From: a virus
IMG/VR virus record: IMGVR_UViG_3300031857_000055
Location: 1-64,000 of that record
Length of the DNA: 64,000 nucleotides
Strand: one strand, 5' to 3'
This document shows, in pieces, positions 57,983 to 64,000 of the stretch. The notes below the pieces were generated by a model, which saw nothing but the letters and a program-made list of their open reading frames with translations, was not told where the DNA came from and ran no database searches. Positions within the stretch are counted from its first letter, which is position 1, and each line of letters starts with the position of its first letter. The position numbers and the translations under genes were made by a program.

Positions 57983-58780
57983 ATGTTAGATTTAAGCAAA
58001 TATCGTCGTTTTTTCGCATTTGGCTGTAGCTTTACATCATACAAGACACCGACCTGGGCTGATATCGTAGCTAAAGAAATGCCAAATGCAGAGTATTATA
58101 ATTTTGGACAAGGCGGTGGCGGCAATCTATTCATCAACAATCGTGTAGCTCAAGCTAATTTAAAATATAGTTTCAATGAACATGATTTGGTTATGATCAT
58201 GTTTACTACCGTATGCAGAGAAGATCGCTTTCTTAATGGTAGGTGGGAGTCGCACGGAAATGTATTTAATCAATCTTTTTACAGTAAAGAATTCGTAAAG
58301 AACTATTGCGATCCGGTTGGCTATCTTGTTAGAGATGCTGCACTAATTGAGATGACTACGGGTTATGTGACAAATTTGCCATGCACTACGAAATTTTTGT
58401 CAATGGTTGACCTATCACTGGAAGCTGGGTTATTAACTGAAACTGCAAGCATAAACAGTGACCGTGCTGCTGTTACTAAGATAAAAAAAATATATCGTGA
58501 TAAAATGAAATTTCCGGCAGTAATCAATAATGGAGAAGTCAGTTTCAAAGGCGTAGAACTTATTGATAAATTTGGTAAGTTATTTAAAGACGGTCATCCA
58601 CTGGCTGACGATTATGCAGAGTTCTTACATAGCATTAACTTCCCTATCACTGAGCGGGGACTATCATATGTTGAAGAAGCGATGACTAAACTAAAAAATG
58701 CAAAAACCTGGGACGATGTTAGAGCATCATTTCCAGACATAAGGCAGCATCAAGAATATAGAAACAGAAGCGTAATTTAA
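57983..58780 (+). CDS. SGNH/GDSL-like hydrolase or acyltransferase (c), tandem paralogue of (b)
   Basis: FGCSFT, NFGQGGGGN, CREDRF, CDPVGYL and DGHP motifs. Confidence 0.7.
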   Translation: MLDLSKYRRFFAFGCSFTSYKTPTWADIVAKEMPNAEYYNFGQGGGGNLFINNRVAQANLKYSFNEHDLVMIMFTTVCREDRFLNGRWESHGNVFNQSFYSKEFVKNYCDPVGYLVRDAALIEMTTGYVTNLPCTTKFLSMVDLSLEAGLLTETASINSDRAAVTKIKKIYRDKMKFPAVINNGEVSFKGVELIDKFGKLFKDGHPLADDYAEFLHSINFPITERGLSYVEEAMTKLKNAKTWDDVRASFPDIRQHQEYRNRSVI

Positions 58781-58792
58781 TAGGAAAAATAT

Positions 58793-59983
58793 ATGAACAA
58801 AGTAGCAATGATCGGCGTTGGCAAACTAGGACAAGATTGCGCCGAAGTTATGGCAACAAAGTATGATGTTGTGGGGTACGATATTGAGCCTAGAAACCCC
58901 GGCTTTCCAATGCGAGATACGATTAAAGAAGCAGTTGAAGATAGAGACATTATCTTTATTGCTGCGCCTACTCCACATGACCCAATGTATGGGGGAGAAA
59001 CTCCCACGAGTCATTTACCTAATAAAGATTTTGACTATACGATTGTCTCAGAAATCTTGGATGAGGTTAACAAGTATACCAATCAGAATCAATTAGTAGT
59101 TTTGATTAGCACTGTGTTGCCTGGCACTGTACGTAATATCTTAAGACCTAAAATCACTAACGCACGATTTATCTATAACCCATATCTTATTGCTATGGGT
59201 ACAATCAAGTACGATATGGTTAATCCTGAAATGATTATCATTGGTACAGAAGATGGTACTGCCACAGAAGATGCATTAGAATTAGTTAATTTCTATGTGC
59301 CATTAATGCAGAACAATCCACGATATGAATTGGGCACCTGGGAAGAAGCAGAGTCAATTAAAATCTTCTACAACACCTTTATTAGCACGAAAGTTGCATT
59401 AGTCAATATGATTCAGGATGTTGCCGAACGCAGCGGTAATATGTGTGTTGACGTTGTAACTGGAGCACTAGAACGTTCTACGCAGCGTATTTTGGGTCCG
59501 GCATATATGAAGGCTGGTATGGGAGACGGCGGCGCATGTCACCCTCGTGACAATATCGCATTGAGATATCTTGCTGAGAAGCTTGACTTAGGGTATGATC
59601 TATTTGATAGTATCATGCGGGCACGAGAAGTGCAAGCAGAAAATATGGCTAAAGCATTGTTGAAGTATGGTAAGAACGTAACCATCATCGGCAAGGCATA
59701 TAAGCCAGGAGTGCATTACACAAACGGTAGCTCAAGTATGCTGGTTGGATACTATGTTGAACAACATGGTGGAAACATCAACTACTATGATGAACACACT
59801 GGCGACTTAGATTTGGCCGAAGATTGGACTGAAGTCTATCTGATCGGTTACTGGGATGACTATGTAGAGGAATTAAAGTTCAGTGATGAGAACATTGCGA
59901 CTGTAGTTGATCCCTGGCGCAGATGGACAACTGATAGATGTTCAGGTCACGTAGTACATTATGGTAACTCTAGGAAGCAATAA
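58793..59983 (+). CDS. UDP-glucose/GDP-mannose 6-dehydrogenase family protein
   Basis: GVGKLG, FIAAPTP, ISTVLPGT, YNP, AESIKIFYNTF, GMGDGGACHPRD (catalytic Cys) and GKAYKP motifs. Confidence 0.92.
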   Translation: MNKVAMIGVGKLGQDCAEVMATKYDVVGYDIEPRNPGFPMRDTIKEAVEDRDIIFIAAPTPHDPMYGGETPTSHLPNKDFDYTIVSEILDEVNKYTNQNQLVVLISTVLPGTVRNILRPKITNARFIYNPYLIAMGTIKYDMVNPEMIIIGTEDGTATEDALELVNFYVPLMQNNPRYELGTWEEAESIKIFYNTFISTKVALVNMIQDVAERSGNMCVDVVTGALERSTQRILGPAYMKAGMGDGGACHPRDNIALRYLAEKLDLGYDLFDSIMRAREVQAENMAKALLKYGKNVTIIGKAYKPGVHYTNGSSSMLVGYYVEQHGGNINYYDEHTGDLDLAEDWTEVYLIGYWDDYVEELKFSDENIATVVDPWRRWTTDRCSGHVVHYGNSRKQ

Positions 59984-61140
59984 TGGATCTGTCAAAACAT
60001 GATGCATATAGATATCCGGAATATGATGACTACATGAAATTGCTTTGGCAAAATTATTGGCCAAATAACATTCATCTATTTGATAAAGTAAGACACATCT
60101 ATGCCGGTGCCCATGCATCTATGAGTTTCAAATGGAGACCAATCGAATCTATTATTGAAGAAATAAAAGATTTCTATCAATCAGGCATAAGAATATTTTT
60201 CTTTGAATGCTTGACTGAGGGTGTTATCATTGATGGCATTGAAAAGATTGCTAAGGTAGCACTACACTTTTCAAACTTTCCCGATATCAAATTATTCTAT
60301 TGGTCAGGAGATTACACAGCAGAAAAACATGTTAACAAGCATTTAGGTAGTATAGGCATACCTAAAAAGTTCGCTGTAATCGGTACCAGTCACCTAGAAC
60401 TAACGGGCAAAACATATCCGCCATATGATAAAGATTATGCCGTTGGACCTAGAGAAAAGAAGTTTCTATGCTTTAACAAAGTCCATCGCCAGCATAGAAT
60501 TGACTTATTAGAGTACGTAGTTACTAACAATCTATTGGATGATAGCTATTATTCATTTGATTGTAGCGAAGATAATTTAGAACTATTAGTTAACGATATC
60601 AACTATCCGGGCATTAGATCAATAAAAGATCGTATCCCACTAATATTGAACAAAACACCGGAACGTGATAATCCGGTCAATATCATTGAAGACGATCACA
60701 AATATTTTGAAAACACATATTTTAGTGTAGTAACCGAAACGTTATTCTATCGTGACCCCATAGCACCTAAGCAAAGATTAATGATGCATGTTCCCGGAAC
60801 TTATCCCGGAAGATTCGTTACTGAGAAAACATTTAAGTGTATTGTAATGAAGCACCCCTTTGTTGTTTTGGGTCCATATAAGATGTTAGAGTTCATGAAG
60901 TCAAGGGGTTATAAAACTTTCAGCCCTTTTATTGATGAGAGTTATGACGATATTGAGAACGATGACGAAAGATTACTTGCTGTCGGTAACGAAATTAAAA
61001 GACTATGTAATCTAAGCGAAGACGAATTGGTAAGATTCACCGAGTTTGCTAAACCTATCGTAGAACACAATGAGAATGTTGTTCGCAATGTTACCGATTT
61101 CACTACTATTAATAATTTAGGCGACTATATAACTGTGTAA
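59983..61140 (+). CDS. GT-B glycosyltransferase-like protein, GT10-like motif (d)
   Basis: KFLCFNKVHRQHR, YFSVVTET...FVTEKTFKCI..KHPFVVLG and GYKTF..IDESYD motifs. Confidence 0.55.
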   Translation: MDLSKHDAYRYPEYDDYMKLLWQNYWPNNIHLFDKVRHIYAGAHASMSFKWRPIESIIEEIKDFYQSGIRIFFFECLTEGVIIDGIEKIAKVALHFSNFPDIKLFYWSGDYTAEKHVNKHLGSIGIPKKFAVIGTSHLELTGKTYPPYDKDYAVGPREKKFLCFNKVHRQHRIDLLEYVVTNNLLDDSYYSFDCSEDNLELLVNDINYPGIRSIKDRIPLILNKTPERDNPVNIIEDDHKYFENTYFSVVTETLFYRDPIAPKQRLMMHVPGTYPGRFVTEKTFKCIVMKHPFVVLGPYKMLEFMKSRGYKTFSPFIDESYDDIENDDERLLAVGNEIKRLCNLSEDELVRFTEFAKPIVEHNENVVRNVTDFTTINNLGDYITV

Positions 61141-61143
61141 ATA
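61136..61143 (+). promoter_or_regulatory. Putative late promoter (TGTAAATA)
   Basis: TAAATA box spanning the previous stop, followed by GGGAG and TTG 61167. Confidence 0.5.
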
Positions 61144-61166
61144 CTACACGATATAGGGAGCAACAC

Positions 61167-63431
61167 TTGGATTTTAATCTAAAATCACTGGCTAAAAAAG
61201 AATTAAAGCCTAATGAAAGACCAACTGAGGACGTTGGTGATCTTCGTCACCGCAGCATGATGGAAGCAATTGCTCCTTATGCTAAAGACGTTGTGGTCAA
61301 TGCAAAGAATTTGACACCGGTCTACGTAGATTATAAGACCCGTGATACTAAGATGGTTCTTGTATTATGTCCGGAATGGAGCCCATACATGCCTCCGTTC
61401 AGTCTTGCAAGACTGAGTGGTGTTGCAAAGGCTTCTGGGTATGAGACACATATCATGGATTTAAACGTTAAGGCTTATAACGCATACCGTGATGATTGGC
61501 AACCTAACAACAAGCTACCATTTAGATTGTGGGACCCATCAAGCTCATGGCACTGGCTAGGTGACACTTACATGAATGATATTCATCCTGTACTTGAGCC
61601 TATTCTAAGCGCAGCAGTAGATGAAATCATTGAAATGAATCCTCAAGTTGTTGGGTTCAGCGTGTATTATATCAGTGAGGAACCCACTAAGTGGATGGCT
61701 CAAGAAATTAAGAGACGCAATCCAAACATTCTCATTGCAGTTGGTGGCCCTAACGTACACAAGAGCTGGTTTGATATTCGTCCTTACTATGATTATATCA
61801 TCGTAGGCGAAGGTGAGCAGAATCTACTCGTAATGCTTGATGAAATTGAAGAAGGCAAGCGCCCTTTTCCTGGTCAGCCCAGAGTGCTGACACAGCCTGA
61901 GAATCAACGTATCAACATCAATGGTCTGCCTATGCCAGACTATGAATCAATTGACTTCTCACTATACGAAGTGCCTAATGGCGTCAACAGTGAGATTAGC
62001 CGCGGCTGTACTGCTAAGTGTACGTTCTGTGAAGAAACACACTTTTGGAAGTATCGTCAACGTCAAGCAGTTGACTTAATCACCGAAGTTGAATGGCTAT
62101 ACTATAACAAGGGCACCGACGTTATTTGGTTCATTGATAGTCTTATCAACGGCAACATCAACGAGCTTAGAGCGTTTGCACTTGCACTAAAAGAGAAGGG
62201 ACTTAAGGTTCGCTTTACTGGATATGCCAGACACGACGGTAGAATGACATTAGAATATCTACAAGACTTAGCTGACGGTGGATGCATCATGTTCAATTTC
62301 GGATGTGAATCAGCATCGCAGAAAGTACTTGACGATATGCACAAGGGCGTTACTATTGCAGAAATGGAGCAGAACTTCATTGACTGCAAGAAGGTAGGTA
62401 TTTGGTGCGCTACTAACTGGATTGTTGCATTCCCCACAGAAGACTTCCAAGACTATAGCGACACCATGACGTTTATGTGGCGTATGCGTAACAACAATGT
62501 TAACAATATGGGATTGGGAGTAGGATATGGATTAGGCCCCGAAACAATCGTGGGGCAGAATCCACACGCATATAATATCAGCTTCCATAAGTATCAGGGA
62601 CACTGGATCAGTAAAGACTTAGCAATGGGCGGACCTCATGTCATGACTCGTGTTAAGAATATTCATATTTGGCTGGACTTCTTTAAAAATTGTACAGATG
62701 TTCCGATTGGCTACCCTATTAGGCATAATCTAGAAAAAGAACATTATAAGATTAAACTCAATAACCCAAATCTACAGAAAGAAATGGCATATGAAAAGTT
62801 TGACTATAACATCATTCCTCCCTTAGGAGATAACAATCCTTTTGCCAATCAGTTAGTCAATGAAATGTGGCCCTTCTTTAGAAATCTGTGGAGAGCTAGG
62901 GGAGGTTACGAAGCAGAAATTTACTTCAACCCTGAGATAGACTTGAAAGAGTTCGGAACTCAGTATGGTCCAGGTCAGTACTGGGCAACGTTTAAGTTCA
63001 AGATTACTGATGAGGGTCAATGGAACGCTCACTTCAATATCAAGTTTGAACAGGTTGACAATCCTCTAGATGATCGTGAACGTCCACCCGAAGGTCGTAA
63101 GGGTCCTTTCTATGCGCAGGACTATTCACGATTGCAATCCAATACAGTAAAGAGAGCCAGAAAGCTTGCTAAGCCTACTTGGAGTAATCAAGAAGGTAGA
63201 TCAGGACAAGACTTTGCTGACTTGCTTGACGAAGAAGCATATTTGAACGCTACCATTGACTTTAGCTTTCACTTAGATTGGCAGGGTTCAGGTGACTGGA
63301 GCGATCATGAAAAGTATCGTGTTGATGTAAGTAGCACATCACGAGACATTATTCCAGAAAAGGAAAGTGACACCGGATCAGATATTGTGTCTAGTATTTC
63401 ATTGGATAGTATAAGGCGTAAACCAAAATGA
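61167..63431 (+). CDS. Cobalamin-dependent radical SAM enzyme (b) with long C-terminal extension
   Basis: TTG start with GGGAG. PPFSLARL, VVGFSVY, VGGPN, GEGE, SRGCTAKCTFC, FIDSLING and FGCES motifs. Confidence 0.9.
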   Translation: MDFNLKSLAKKELKPNERPTEDVGDLRHRSMMEAIAPYAKDVVVNAKNLTPVYVDYKTRDTKMVLVLCPEWSPYMPPFSLARLSGVAKASGYETHIMDLNVKAYNAYRDDWQPNNKLPFRLWDPSSSWHWLGDTYMNDIHPVLEPILSAAVDEIIEMNPQVVGFSVYYISEEPTKWMAQEIKRRNPNILIAVGGPNVHKSWFDIRPYYDYIIVGEGEQNLLVMLDEIEEGKRPFPGQPRVLTQPENQRININGLPMPDYESIDFSLYEVPNGVNSEISRGCTAKCTFCEETHFWKYRQRQAVDLITEVEWLYYNKGTDVIWFIDSLINGNINELRAFALALKEKGLKVRFTGYARHDGRMTLEYLQDLADGGCIMFNFGCESASQKVLDDMHKGVTIAEMEQNFIDCKKVGIWCATNWIVAFPTEDFQDYSDTMTFMWRMRNNNVNNMGLGVGYGLGPETIVGQNPHAYNISFHKYQGHWISKDLAMGGPHVMTRVKNIHIWLDFFKNCTDVPIGYPIRHNLEKEHYKIKLNNPNLQKEMAYEKFDYNIIPPLGDNNPFANQLVNEMWPFFRNLWRARGGYEAEIYFNPEIDLKEFGTQYGPGQYWATFKFKITDEGQWNAHFNIKFEQVDNPLDDRERPPEGRKGPFYAQDYSRLQSNTVKRARKLAKPTWSNQEGRSGQDFADLLDEEAYLNATIDFSFHLDWQGSGDWSDHEKYRVDVSSTSRDIIPEKESDTGSDIVSSISLDSIRRKPK

Positions 63432-64000
63432 ATGATATAGTTGATAAGTTTGAAAAGCTGATTGCTAATTTTTATGGTGCACCATATGCAGTAGCAACAG
63501 ATTGCTGCACTCATGCCATTGAGTTGTGCTTGCGAATTGAAAAGCCGGAATATCCTATCAACTGCCCTACTAGAACTTACATAAGCGTACCCATGACATT
63601 CATGAAACTTGGAATGGAGTGGCAGTTTGACGATTATGATTGGGAAAATTACTATCACATAGGATGCACGAGCATCATTGATGCCGCAGTGTATTGGAAA
63701 CCTCGCGGGTATGTTCCTGGCTCAAAAATGTGTCTCAGCTTTCAGCACAAGAAACATTTGAGTTTGGGTCGCGGGGGCATGATCTTATTAGACAACTATG
63801 ATGATTATGTAACTCTCAAAAAAATGAGCTATGATGGAAGAATCCCTAACACACCTTGGGCAGAACAAGACATTGATACTGTCGGCTATCACTATTACAT
63901 GACTCCCGAAACCGCACAGACAGGCATCTATCGTTTTTGTGCAGCAGAAGTAAAAGAACCTCGTAAATGGTCATCACAAGATTATCCTGACCTATCAACA
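63428..64000 (+). CDS. DegT/DnrJ/EryC1/StrS-family PLP-dependent sugar aminotransferase, compact form, runs off the window
   Basis: Not in the ORF track. My translation gives MNDIVDKFEKLIANFYGAPYAVATDCCTHAIELCL...TYISVP...IIDAA...CLSFQHKKHLSLGRGGMIL...GYHYYMT. ATGA-coupled to the previous gene. Confidence 0.88.
   Translation, partial: MNDIVDKFEKLIANFYGAPYAVATDCCTHAIELCLRIEKPEYPINCPTRTYISVPMTFMKLGMEWQFDDYDWENYYHIGCTSIIDAAVYWKPRGYVPGSKMCLSFQHKKHLSLGRGGMILLDNYDDYVTLKKMSYDGRIPNTPWAEQDIDTVGYHYYMTPETAQTGIYRFCAAEVKEPRKWSSQDYPDLST

Noticed and set aside
1-64000. Alternative genetic code (stop-codon reassignment) as in some jumbo phages
   Set aside because: Genes tile the window densely in the standard code, and TAA, TGA and TAG all end genes at sensible positions.
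40203-64000. Cluster as a captured bacterial O-antigen or capsule locus, or a host-genome junction
   Set aside because: No flippase, polymerase, ABC exporter or membrane priming transferase; phage late boxes and tight phage-style overlaps continue through it, with no integrase or att-like boundary seen.

Overview
This window is a segment of a large T4-like (jumbo) myophage genome read in the standard code. I found no tRNA, rRNA, CRISPR array or mobile element. The left end (minus strand) carries the gp47/Mre11-like nuclease (cut by the window edge) and an enlarged gp55 late sigma factor, each behind a sigma70-type promoter. From 1.9 to 40.2 kb (plus strand) is a baseplate and tail-fibre module: tube-initiator/gp48-like, gp53, hub, gp5, gp25, gp6, a 6548-aa multi-repeat baseplate protein, two paralogous fibres and accessory genes, many preceded by TAAATA late-promoter boxes. 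From 40.2 kb to the right edge is a translationally coupled enzyme cluster of more than 23 kb. It holds 3 GT-A glycosyltransferases, 4 paralogous GT10-like GT-B proteins, 5 twitch/SPASM-type radical SAM enzymes, 2 B12-dependent radical SAM enzymes, 3 SGNH proteins, a GDP-mannose 3,5-epimerase, an NDP-sugar dehydrogenase and a DegT aminotransferase. The best candidate for a new system is this cluster, read as a late-expressed, phage-encoded radical-SAM glycan-tailoring pathway that probably decorates the virion. Pro/Thr-rich linkers and Asn-sequon-rich fibres upstream are candidate acceptors. All family calls come from motif recognition by eye; no database searches were run.
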